Shown here piece by piece: positions 39,443 to 51,025 of a stretch of DNA of 64,000 nucleotides. Position 1 is the first letter of the stretch. Every line of letters starts with the position of its first letter. The translations under genes were made by a program, and so were the position numbers. Source of the stretch: Gemmatimonadota bacterium (GTDB lineage: Bacteria > JBHIER01 > G020348925); contig CP070758.1 of NCBI GenBank assembly GCA_020348925.1, positions 3,921,688 through 3,985,687 on the forward strand. The letters are read 5' to 3'. A model generated the notes under the pieces. That model searched no databases and was not told the DNA's origin. It was given only the letters and a program-made list of their open reading frames with translations.

Positions 39443-40399
39443 TTAATAAACTCCGGCCCGCATAATATCATGAAGATGAACGATGCCTATCGGACGTCGT
39501 TCAGCATCGATGACGACAAGGGAGGTTATCCCGTATTCCTCCATCAATTGAAGAGCCTCGGCTGCCAGTCTGTCCTGTGTAATCGTTTTGGGATCTCGAA
39601 TCATAACCTCCCGCACTTTTTTATCAAAGATATCCTTCGTTTTTTCCAATAATCTTCCCAGGTCACCATAAACGAAGATCCCCACCAATGTTCCGTTTCT
39701 ATCGACGACACTGGTGACACCGCGTTTGGCAGTCATCTCCAAGATGGTTTTTTCCATGGAGAAATCTTCATCAACGATAGGAACTTCGTCGTCTGTCAGC
39801 ATAACATCCTCGACAGTGAGTAAAAGCCGTCGCCCCAGAGCACCACCAGGATGGAGGAGAGCGAAATCCTCAGGACTGAAGTCCCTTCGATGGAGCAATG
39901 CAATTGCCAGTGCATCCCCCATAGCGACAGTGGCCGTTGTACTGGCCGTCGGAATGAGATCATAAGGACATGCCTCCTCCCTGACGCTGACGTCCAGAAC
40001 CACGTCACTTCTCTTGGCAAGGGGTGAGTCTCGGTTCCCGGTTAATGTAATAATAGGTATACCCATCCGCTTGAAGAGTGGAACCAGTTGATAGAGTTCG
40101 TCGGTGTTTCCGCTTTTCGAGATGGCGATGACCACATCGTTTCTTTGAACAACACCCATGTCTCCGTGAACTCCCTCAACGGGGTGGAGGAAAATAGCTG
40201 GGGTACCTGTACTGGACAGCGTCGCTGCAATTTTTTTTGCAACGATTCCGGATTTTCCCATGCCCGAAACGATGATCCGCCCTTTCGAGTGAAAGATGAT
40301 GTCAAGGGCTCTTTCGAAATCCTTGTCAAGTCGCTCTTCAAGGGCAGCCACGGCAGCTGCCTCAATGCGGATCACCTCTTTACCTTTCTCAGCACTCAT
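39443..40399 (-). CDS. kdsD: Arabinose-5-phosphate isomerase (KpsF/GutQ; SIS + CBS)
   Basis: SGMGKSG, STGTPA.FLHP.EG.HGD.G, EACP..L.PT.ST, HPGG.LG. Confidence 0.95.
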   Translation of the reverse strand: MSAEKGKEVIRIEAAAVAALEERLDKDFERALDIIFHSKGRIIVSGMGKSGIVAKKIAATLSSTGTPAIFLHPVEGVHGDMGVVQRNDVVIAISKSGNTDELYQLVPLFKRMGIPIITLTGNRDSPLAKRSDVVLDVSVREEACPYDLIPTASTTATVAMGDALAIALLHRRDFSPEDFALLHPGGALGRRLLLTVEDVMLTDDEVPIVDEDFSMEKTILEMTAKRGVTSVVDRNGTLVGIFVYGDLGRLLEKTKDIFDKKVREVMIRDPKTITQDRLAAEALQLMEEYGITSLVVIDAERRPIGIVHLHDIMRAGVY

Positions 40400-40442
40400 A
40401 ACCCTAATGGAACACTCATGTGCTCAAGACCGAACACCAAAA

Positions 40443-41294
40443 TTAATTGCTCTTCACGAGATCGTCAATGGCCTTCAATTGAATCAATAATCCTTCAAGC
40501 TTTGCTAACGGCCACATGCTTGCTGCATCGCACAGAGCCTCTTTCACACACGGATGTGTCTCAATAAATATTGCGTCACATCCGGAAGCCACAGCTGCCC
40601 GGGCAAGATAGGGCACAAATTCCGGTTGCCCCCCCGATGGATCGCTACTGGATCGTCCATACACGCGGATAGCATGAGTTACATCAAAGATAACCGGATA
40701 TCCAAACCTTCTCATAATCGGCAGAGAGCGTATATCCACAACCAAATTGTGGTACCCGAAACAGGACCCCCTTTCGGTGAGCAAAATATTGGTGTTCCCG
40801 ACATTTTCGAGTTTCCCCACAATATGCCGCACATCGTGCGGATCCAAAAATTGACCCTTTTTCACGTTCACCGCCTTGGCCCATTTGCCCACTTCGAGAG
40901 TCAGCTGGGTTTGCATGCATAAATAGGCCGGAATCTGAACCACATCCAAAACGTCACTTGCTTCTTTGGCTTCCGCAGCACAATGGACGTCCGAAAGAAT
41001 CGGTACATGAATCGATTCTCTAACCTTCTCCAAAATTTTCAATCCCATTTTCAATCCCGGCCCTTGATACGTCTCAGCGGAAGACCGGTTATCCTTCAGA
41101 TAGGAAGATTTGAAAATAAAGGACATTCCCACGCGTTGCGCTATCTCCTGAACTCGCTCACCTGTTTCGAGTGCGACCTCTTCGTTTTCGATGACACACG
41201 GCCCCGCTATGAGCGCCAAAGGATGTCCCCCGCCGATGTGCACGGAGCCAACTGAAACCGTTTTCGTCGTTGGAACGTTCACGTTCATCCTCAA
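40443..41294 (-). CDS. kdsA: KDO-8-phosphate synthase
   Basis: AGPCVIE, K.S..K.NRSS, NVKKGQF, TERG..FGY.NLVVD, FDVTH, ETHP; start may be ATG 41288. Confidence 0.92.
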   Translation of the reverse strand: MRMNVNVPTTKTVSVGSVHIGGGHPLALIAGPCVIENEEVALETGERVQEIAQRVGMSFIFKSSYLKDNRSSAETYQGPGLKMGLKILEKVRESIHVPILSDVHCAAEAKEASDVLDVVQIPAYLCMQTQLTLEVGKWAKAVNVKKGQFLDPHDVRHIVGKLENVGNTNILLTERGSCFGYHNLVVDIRSLPIMRRFGYPVIFDVTHAIRVYGRSSSDPSGGQPEFVPYLARAAVASGCDAIFIETHPCVKEALCDAASMWPLAKLEGLLIQLKAIDDLVKSN

Positions 41295-43788
<2,494 letters not shown>

Positions 43789-43885
43789 ACATCAGTCCTT
43801 CCATACATGACACCTCGCGCACAACCCTCCCTTCCGGTCATCAGCGCACCCCCAAACACAAGAATAATATAGCACATTTTTCATT

Positions 43886-43914
43886 ATTTTACAAAACCTT
43901 TTGTCCCGTGTCAA
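43886..43914 (-). promoter_or_regulatory. Putative sigma70 promoter of the kdsB cluster
   Basis: TTGACA-N17-TAAAAT on the minus strand. Confidence 0.65.
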
Positions 43915-44122
43915 TGAAAAAACGAATACATTGCCAAGCCCCCTGTGCTCCCCACGGTCAATGCTACGGTCGACTGACATATGCTCCTCGGAGCATCGGA
44001 TAAATCGAGTTCCGTCCGAATCTGCTGAGAAGGTACCGTCTCACGAAATTCTCTCCTTTCATACAATGAAATATTTTTTAACTTATAGTAAAAACATAGG
44101 TTGTCATCGACACTATTAGTTC

Positions 44123-44151
44123 TTGACAACAATCTGCCACAGCCGTATATT
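44123..44151 (+). promoter_or_regulatory. Putative sigma70 promoter for the SLC12-like transporter
   Basis: TTGACA-N17-TATATT. Confidence 0.65.
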
Positions 44152-44297
44152 TGTGGGATTGCATCGCATGAGATGTGTCCCATCCGAGAGAAAGCTTTGG
44201 AGACTATGAAGGAAAGAAAAAGCAATTCGTTTCCGGTAAAGACGAGAACTAATCTTTTTCATAATGCTTTTATGAGATCGCAACCCTCCACAATCAA

Positions 44298-46544
44298 ATG
44301 CCTGTAAGAAGAAAACCGCTCCCCTCAATAAATGGGGAGACAGAGTTAAAACCCCAGCCGGCTCAGAAGTTTGGCACATTTCTGGGCGTCTATACACCCA
44401 GCGTTTTGACCATCCTCGGACTCGTCATGTATCTGCGCTTCGGCTGGATTGTGGGGAACCTGGGATTGGGCATCACTATCCTCATTGTCCTCGTTGCCAG
44501 CTCCATCACTTTCACCACGGCTCTGAGCGCCTCGGCAATCGCCACAAACATGCGCGTCGGTGTGGGAGGCGAGTACTATCTCATATCCCACAGTTTAGGA
44601 TTGGAGCTTGGGGGAGCCATTGGTATACCCCTCTTTTTATGCCGCACTTTGAGCATCACATTCTATAGCTTCGGCTTGGCCGAATCGATCCTATCCTTCT
44701 GGCCGGATGCCTGGGGTGCCATGCCCGACTACACAATTCAGATCCTCACAGCGGCCATCATCGTAACCATCACAGCCGTCTCCGGCAAAAGCGCGGGTCT
44801 GGCTCTGAAAGTGCAGCTGCCCATCATGGCAGCGGTAGGACTGACGCTGGTGGCTCTGATGATCGGTGTCTTCACCGGGGGACTCCGCTCGCCGGAATGG
44901 ACCGCGACCTATCGGACGGCACCCCAGGGATTTTGGTACGTCTTTGCTGTGTTCTTTCCGGCGGTAACCGGTTTTACGGCCGGTATCGGTATGAGCGGTG
45001 ACTTGAAGAATCCCCAGCGCTCAATCCCTCTCGGCACCCTTCTGGCCGTAATAACCGGCGCCGGTATTTATCTCCTTGTTCCAATTCTTTTGGGAATATC
45101 TTCCCGGGTCAGTTTTGAAGAACTTGCCCAACCTGGGATTATCTGGAGTAAGATAGCCATACTTGGCGTCTGGCTCCTACTGCCGGGCATCTGGGGAGCC
45201 ATACTCTCTTCCGCTTTCGGCAGTGTTCTCGGTGGGCCGCGTGTCCTCCAAGCCTTGGCCGACGATGGTCTGGCCCCCCGATTTCTTTCCCGCGTCTCCA
45301 GGACCGGGCAACCGACTATCGCCACATGGATCAGTGGCACCATCGCCCTGACTGCCGTCGCCTTCGGGGGCCTGAACGCCGTGGCCCAGTTCGTGACGAT
45401 TCTCTTTCTGACCCTTTACGTCACGATTAACTTCAGCGCCGGCCTTGAAAAGCTTGTGGGCGACCCATCCTACCGGCCCACCATCAACGTCCCCTGGTAC
45501 GTTTCACTCTTCGGGTGCCTCGGCGCCGTGGTGGTCATGTTTCTGATCAACCCGTTCGCGTGTGTCGCCGCGCTCGTACTTGAATCGATACTTTTCTTCC
45601 ACCTCAGGCGGCGGTCTCTGAGCAAACGTTGGGGAGACGTTCGGGCCGGCCTGTGGGTGACCCTGGCACGATTCTCCCTCTTAAAGCTTCACCGCCACAG
45701 CAGCGATCCCCGCAACTGGCGACCGCATATCCTTCTGTTCCTGGCCGATCCAAAGAAACGGACCGGTATGGTCCGGCTCGCGAACTGGTTCAACCAGAAC
45801 CGCGGTATCGTCACGGCATGTCATCTCATTGAAGGTGACCTGGAACGTGAAAATATTGACATCAACGACAAACTTCAGGAGATGGATCAGCTCCTGCACA
45901 ATGAAGGTCTGGTCGCTTTCAGCAATGTCAATGTCGTACCTGATTATGAAAGTGGAGCCATCGACACCATCCAGGCACACGGTATAGCCGGGCTCAAATC
46001 CAACACGGTCCTGTTCGGCATGCCTAAAAAGGAGGATCGACTGGCTTCCATCCTGCGTGTCATGCGAGCTATCTCGAGAATGGGCAAGAGTACTATTATT
46101 GCCAATCTCAAGTGGGCGCATGAACCCGGTACAAGCAAACAGATCGATCTCTGGTGGCGCGGCCTTCAGGACAATGGCGACTTAATGCTTCTGCTCGCCC
46201 ATTTGCTCAACCTCAATCCGGAATGGAGGGACGCGAAGATCGTACTGCGCTCAATAGTTTTGCAGCAGGAGGAACGCGAACACATGACTGCCAACCTCAA
46301 TACACTCATTGCTGAGACACGAATCAGGGCCAAACCGGAAGTTATCATCAAACCGCCCAATCGCACAGTCCTCGAAGTCATGCATGCCCTCAGTCACGAA
46401 GCGGATATTGTCTTTCTCGGATTGATGGAGCCCAAGCCGGGCGAAGAACCGGAGTACGCTGCAAGACTGATGAAGATGGTCAGCGGCTTCAATACTACCA
46501 TCTTCGTTCGCAATGCAGGTGAATTCGCCGGACACCTGATTTAA
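44298..46544 (+). CDS. Cation-chloride cotransporter (SLC12)-like APC transporter
   Basis: KFGTFLGVYTPSVLTILG..MYLR, LGLELGGAIG, FAVFFPAVTG..AG..MSGDLK.P..SIP.GT, NWRPHIL, IDLWW...NGDLMLLLA. Confidence 0.9.
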   Translation: MPVRRKPLPSINGETELKPQPAQKFGTFLGVYTPSVLTILGLVMYLRFGWIVGNLGLGITILIVLVASSITFTTALSASAIATNMRVGVGGEYYLISHSLGLELGGAIGIPLFLCRTLSITFYSFGLAESILSFWPDAWGAMPDYTIQILTAAIIVTITAVSGKSAGLALKVQLPIMAAVGLTLVALMIGVFTGGLRSPEWTATYRTAPQGFWYVFAVFFPAVTGFTAGIGMSGDLKNPQRSIPLGTLLAVITGAGIYLLVPILLGISSRVSFEELAQPGIIWSKIAILGVWLLLPGIWGAILSSAFGSVLGGPRVLQALADDGLAPRFLSRVSRTGQPTIATWISGTIALTAVAFGGLNAVAQFVTILFLTLYVTINFSAGLEKLVGDPSYRPTINVPWYVSLFGCLGAVVVMFLINPFACVAALVLESILFFHLRRRSLSKRWGDVRAGLWVTLARFSLLKLHRHSSDPRNWRPHILLFLADPKKRTGMVRLANWFNQNRGIVTACHLIEGDLERENIDINDKLQEMDQLLHNEGLVAFSNVNVVPDYESGAIDTIQAHGIAGLKSNTVLFGMPKKEDRLASILRVMRAISRMGKSTIIANLKWAHEPGTSKQIDLWWRGLQDNGDLMLLLAHLLNLNPEWRDAKIVLRSIVLQQEEREHMTANLNTLIAETRIRAKPEVIIKPPNRTVLEVMHALSHEADIVFLGLMEPKPGEEPEYAARLMKMVSGFNTTIFVRNAGEFAGHLI

Positions 46545-46637
46545 AGCGTATAAACATCGCGCAAGTGAAGAAACCGATTTCTTCTCACATTGACGCGCCG
46601 CATCTCTTCCACGCGCGTTCGCCCAAGACAGGATAGA

Positions 46638-47564
46638 ATGGAAAAAGCTGCTGAACAACTGACTCAGAGTTTGGCCGAAGGAGGATTCAAGAGCACCATC
46701 TTGTCCACTCATCGCTTAGCTGATCTGAAGGCCGACTTCGAGCGTCTCTACGAACAAGGGACCTTCGATAACACGTTTTACAACGATAGGCTCTCATACT
46801 ATACCTTCGACATACCGGAGGATTTCTCCGAGGCACAATCAATCATCCTCATCGCCGCTCCCCAACCTAAGGTAAAGGTCACATTCGAATATTCGGGCAC
46901 ACCGTATGTCACCATCGTTCCTCCCACGTATTCATACGATACGGATAAAATTGCATTGAAGTCTATCCTACAAACCTTACACACATTCGGCTATCGGACA
47001 CGTGATCCCGTTCTTCCTGTGAAATCTCTCGCTGTACGCAGCGGGCTGGCGAGCTATGGGAGAAACAACATGGCATACATAGGGGAGTGGGGCAGTTATT
47101 TCAGATTGAAAGCGTTCCTCTCCGATATGCCACATGCTGAAGATCATTGGCAGAATTACTGCGTAATGGACCGCTGCAATACCTGCGTTGCTTGTGTGAA
47201 AAAGTGTCCTACTGGGGCCATGAGCAGCGAACGATTTGTATTTCACGGAGAGAAGTGCATCACGTATTTAAACGAAGGATCGAACCCCTTCCCTGCCTGG
47301 GTTGATCCAGCCTGGCACAACTGTCTCATCGGATGCATGATCTGTCAGGATGTCTGTCCGATGAACAGGCACTTTGTCACCTGGACGATTGAAGATGGTG
47401 AGTTCTCCGAAGATGAAACATCAATGATACTCAGGGGAGTTCCGTCAACCGAACTCCCGGCGGTAACGAGAGAAAAACTGAACACATTGGATCTCTTGGA
47501 GGAGTATGAGTCGCTTGGTCGGAACTTGCGCGTTCTCATAAATGGACCTCAAGAAGAAGCATAA
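46638..47564 (+). CDS. Epoxyqueuosine reductase (QueG)-like 4Fe-4S double-cluster protein
   Basis: LP.K.LAVRSGLASYGRNN...GSYFRL, CNTCVACVKKCPTGA, CITY.NE, IGCMICQDVCP. Confidence 0.85.
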   Translation: MEKAAEQLTQSLAEGGFKSTILSTHRLADLKADFERLYEQGTFDNTFYNDRLSYYTFDIPEDFSEAQSIILIAAPQPKVKVTFEYSGTPYVTIVPPTYSYDTDKIALKSILQTLHTFGYRTRDPVLPVKSLAVRSGLASYGRNNMAYIGEWGSYFRLKAFLSDMPHAEDHWQNYCVMDRCNTCVACVKKCPTGAMSSERFVFHGEKCITYLNEGSNPFPAWVDPAWHNCLIGCMICQDVCPMNRHFVTWTIEDGEFSEDETSMILRGVPSTELPAVTREKLNTLDLLEEYESLGRNLRVLINGPQEEA

Positions 47565-47629
47565 TACACGAGCATCTGAGAAAACCTTCCTCTTCGATCC
47601 TGTCAACCGATTGAAGAGGAGGTCGACCA

Positions 47630-48436
47630 TTGAATATGCCCGCCATAGACTATTCAAAAGTTGCACATCTGTATGACATATACGTCAAAACTGATGTCGA
47701 CGTGCCGTTCTTTCTCAAGGAGGCACAGGGCTGTGATAATGTTCTGGAGCTGATGGCCGGCACGGGCCGGGTGTCCATTCCCCTCATTGAAGCCGGTCTA
47801 CCTCTAACTTGTATTGACAGCTCCGGGGAAATGCTGGCGATCCTTCGTGGGAAACTTGAGGACAGAGGATTGTCTGCCGAGATTTATGAGATGGACGTCT
47901 GCAACCTGTCTCTTCGAGACACCTTTGACCTCATCATACTTCCTTTCAACTCCTTTGCTGAAATTGTATCCCCATCAGATCAGCGCAATGCGCTGTCAGC
48001 CATCAGGGAACACCTCTCCCATAGAGGCCGTTTCATATGTACATTGCACAATCCACTCATCAGGCTCGCATCAGTAGACGGACAACTCAAACAATACGGA
48101 AAGTACTATCTCCCCGATAACACCGGAACACTTATTCTTTCCGCCATCGAAAACTACGAGCCAGAGAGGCACATGGTCAGTGGTTCCCAGTTTTATGAAA
48201 TTCGAGATACGAATGGAAAAACTCTTTCCAAATATTCTATCGATATTACATTCTATCTTCACGAAAAAAACGACTTTGAAGCGTTCATTCAGTCCCAGGG
48301 TTTTTCTATCCGCAACCTGTTTGGTGATTACTCATATTCTCAGTTCGAGCCTGATACGAGTCCGTTCATGATCTGGATACTTGAAAAAGGGGACAGTCCC
48401 CTTTTTTATAACTCACAAGGGAGGCGGAAAAAATGA
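47630..48436 (+). CDS. Class I SAM-dependent methyltransferase
   Basis: VLELMAGTGRV, IDSS.EML, FDLIILPFNSF. Confidence 0.9.
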   Translation: MNMPAIDYSKVAHLYDIYVKTDVDVPFFLKEAQGCDNVLELMAGTGRVSIPLIEAGLPLTCIDSSGEMLAILRGKLEDRGLSAEIYEMDVCNLSLRDTFDLIILPFNSFAEIVSPSDQRNALSAIREHLSHRGRFICTLHNPLIRLASVDGQLKQYGKYYLPDNTGTLILSAIENYEPERHMVSGSQFYEIRDTNGKTLSKYSIDITFYLHEKNDFEAFIQSQGFSIRNLFGDYSYSQFEPDTSPFMIWILEKGDSPLFYNSQGRRKK

Positions 48437-49125
48437 AGATCTTAGCAATCCAAAACTGCGAAATCGAAGGATTTGGGTTTTACGAACAACATCTCGTTGA
48501 TCGGGGCATCGACTACAGATTGATCCACGCCTATGATGAGTGTTCCTTTCCACCGGTCGACGAATGCGATGCTTTCCTTATCGGTGGTACGCCCATATCT
48601 GCCAATGAGGTGCGTGAACACACATTTCTGCTCGAAGAATACGAATACCTCTCGGGCGCTATCGCTGCTGGAAAACCGTGCTTCGGGATTTGCTGTGGTG
48701 CCCAAATCCTGGCCCAGATTCTTGGGGCTCAGGTACGGAAGTGTGAGCAGATGGAGATTGGTGGTTATGAGGTGCGGCTTACCCCAGCAGGGCAGAGTAA
48801 TCCTTTACTTGATGGATTTCCACTTCAATTCCCTGTCTTTCAGTGGCACGGTGACACTTTTGATCTTCCTGCCGATGCTGAGTTACTTGTTGAAGGTGAT
48901 GTCTGCCGAAATCAGATGTTCCGGAAGGGAAATATAGCGGGCATGCTGTTCCACCTTGAAGTTACCACTAAGGAAGCGGTAAAATGGGCGGAAGAGTATG
49001 CAGATGAACTCGCCGAGGTAGATAAAAGTAAAGAACAAGTCGTAAGTGAATGTCACCAGCAGGAGCAAAAAATGAAGCCGCTTGCGAATCGGCTCATGGA
49101 CAATTTTCTTAAAGATGTACTCTAA
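48433..49125 (+). CDS. Type 1 glutamine amidotransferase-like protein
   Basis: GICCGAQ nucleophile elbow, FQWHGDTF.LP, FHLE. Confidence 0.9.
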   Translation: MKILAIQNCEIEGFGFYEQHLVDRGIDYRLIHAYDECSFPPVDECDAFLIGGTPISANEVREHTFLLEEYEYLSGAIAAGKPCFGICCGAQILAQILGAQVRKCEQMEIGGYEVRLTPAGQSNPLLDGFPLQFPVFQWHGDTFDLPADAELLVEGDVCRNQMFRKGNIAGMLFHLEVTTKEAVKWAEEYADELAEVDKSKEQVVSECHQQEQKMKPLANRLMDNFLKDVL

Positions 49126-49147
49126 TATTTAGAGAGAGAACATTCAA

Positions 49148-49348
49148 ATGAAAAGAATAGGCAAAGCAATTATTGAATTTCTGCTTACATTTGTGCTGGC
49201 CCTTGTTGTGACATCCATCGTATCCGTTCTCTGGAATTTGATAGTTCATGGTCAGGGCACAGTGGATTGGGCTACATCATTCCGGTTCGGCATCGTGCTT
49301 GGCATCTTGTTGCCGTGGATGAATGCACGCAACAGGAAGAAGCATTAA
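49148..49348 (+). CDS. Small two-TM hypothetical protein
   Basis: Two hydrophobic helices linked by HGQGTVDW.TSF; co-oriented with neighbours. Confidence 0.7.
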   Translation: MKRIGKAIIEFLLTFVLALVVTSIVSVLWNLIVHGQGTVDWATSFRFGIVLGILLPWMNARNRKKH

Positions 49349-49463
49349 AATAAATCAACAATAAGCATATTGTTTCCTTTAACGGAAGGGTGAGCATCTC
49401 CCCGAACCGATTTCCAAAAAGGGAATAATCCCAATACTTCTCAAAGGGTTTGAGGAACAGCAC

Positions 49464-49754
49464 ATGAGTTACTATTTTATAGCTTACATCAAGATCTACG
49501 ATCTCGAGGAATATGAAAAGTACCTTGAGGGATACGATGATATCTTCGAGAAATATAATGGCAAAGTCATCGTAGTCGATGACGGTCCCACAATCCTTGA
49601 AGGCGATTGGCCTTATACAAGAGCCGTGGTGATCCGGTTTCCCAGTGAAGAGGAGCTACAGCACTGGTATGAGTCACCGGAATATCAGGCCCTGGCCAAA
49701 CATCGCTTGCAGGCATCACAGGCGGACATCATAATTGTCAAGGGACGGGAATGA
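49464..49754 (+). CDS. DUF1330 family protein
   Basis: LEGDW...R.VVI.FPS.E....WY.SPEYQ. Confidence 0.9.
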   Translation: MSYYFIAYIKIYDLEEYEKYLEGYDDIFEKYNGKVIVVDDGPTILEGDWPYTRAVVIRFPSEEELQHWYESPEYQALAKHRLQASQADIIIVKGRE

Positions 49755-49763
49755 GATGATTGT

Positions 49764-49856
49764 AATTCGAAGCAAGAATCTCGAATGCCGAAACAAATCC
49801 TGAATGCATATGATAAAAACTTCCACAAGGAGTTTTGAGATTTGAATTTCGGATTT
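49764..49856. repeat. Degenerate heptamer-rich intergenic inverted repeat
   Basis: AATTCGAAGCAAGAATCTCGAATGCCGAAACAAATCC...TTTTGAGATTTGAATTTCGGATTT; imperfect complementarity of the ends. Confidence 0.4.
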
Positions 49857-49905
49857 AACAGGAAACTGTGAGGACGGGCATCCTCGCAAGCCGATGGAGT
49901 AAAAA

Positions 49906-50835
49906 ATGAAAAAATGTCGGACAGCAGCACTATTACTACTGGTGATTTTCTGTGCAACACTAACAGTGAATGGAAATCAAACAGATTCGGTTACAACGAA
50001 AGTGGTATTACTGGGCACCGGTACCCCAAATCCTGACCCAGAACATTCCGGCAGTTCCGTTGCCGTTGTCGTCAATGAAACATCATACATCGTCGATTTT
50101 GGCCCCGGTTTGGTCCGACAAGCCGCCGCGTTATCTCCTCGATATGATGGAAATATTCAAGCCCTGGATATAATAAATTTGAAGAGGGCTTTTCTCACCC
50201 ACTTACATTCGGATCATACGGTCGGCTATCCGGATCTCATTTTGACGCCGTGGGTTCAGGGAAGAGATGAACCTTTGGAAGTCTATGGATCCGAAGGAAT
50301 AAAAGAGATGACGGATAACATCCTGAAGGCCTATCAGGATGACATAAAATATCGCTTGTATGGTCTCCAGCCGGCTAACAATCAGGGTTGGCGCGTTATC
50401 GCCCACGAGATAACTGAGGGTCTCATTTACGAGGATGAGCATGTTAAAGTTGAAGCCTTTTTAGTAAAACATGGGAGCTGGCCGAATGCTTATGGTTTCA
50501 GGTTTACTACACCCGATAAGGTCATCGTCATTTCAGGCGATACGGCGCCCTGTGAAAACATCATAAAATACGGCAAGGGTGCGGACATTCTCATTCACGA
50601 GGTCTATTCTCAGAGTGGATTTGAAAAAAAGGATGCGTTCTGGAAAATGTATCACTCTCAAAATCATACATCGACCTACGAACTCGCCGACATTGCCAAT
50701 AAGCTCAAACCGGGATTGCTCGTTTTCTATCACATTCTTTTCTGGGGTGCGACGGAAGAGCAGTTATTGGAAGAAATATCGCAAACTTACAAGGGAAAAG
50801 TCATCGTCGGATCCGACCTCGATGTGTTTGAATAG
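49906..50835 (+). CDS. Exported MBL-fold hydrolase (RNase Z / arylsulfatase-like)
   Basis: Signal peptide; LLGTGTP; THLHSDH; SGDT; LIHEV; HTS. Confidence 0.9.
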   Translation: MKKCRTAALLLLVIFCATLTVNGNQTDSVTTKVVLLGTGTPNPDPEHSGSSVAVVVNETSYIVDFGPGLVRQAAALSPRYDGNIQALDIINLKRAFLTHLHSDHTVGYPDLILTPWVQGRDEPLEVYGSEGIKEMTDNILKAYQDDIKYRLYGLQPANNQGWRVIAHEITEGLIYEDEHVKVEAFLVKHGSWPNAYGFRFTTPDKVIVISGDTAPCENIIKYGKGADILIHEVYSQSGFEKKDAFWKMYHSQNHTSTYELADIANKLKPGLLVFYHILFWGATEEQLLEEISQTYKGKVIVGSDLDVFE

Positions 50836-50908
50836 TCGTTCTCACAATCACAAGGTAAGTTTTATCTATTTCTAAGCTGAACCATTTTTAAGACTGAAGT
50901 ACTGTATC

Positions 50909-50996
50909 TGTCATTCTGAACGGAGTTTCTCGAAGTGAAGAATCTCACTCATAAGGTAAGAGATTCTTCGCCCGATAAATCGTTCTCAGAATGACA
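50909..50996. repeat. GTCATT...AATGAC palindromic element
   Basis: Perfect terminal IR TGTCATTCTGA/TCAGAATGACA and inner IR GAAGAATCTC/GAGATTCTTC, between convergent genes. Confidence 0.8.
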
Positions 50997-51025
50997 TCTA
51001 AGTCATATTGGTCGCCAAGAATCGC

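Noticed and set aside
44150-44298. Riboswitch (for example c-di-AMP) in the transporter leader
   Set aside because: No consensus elements or terminator recognised by eye; an Rfam scan would settle it
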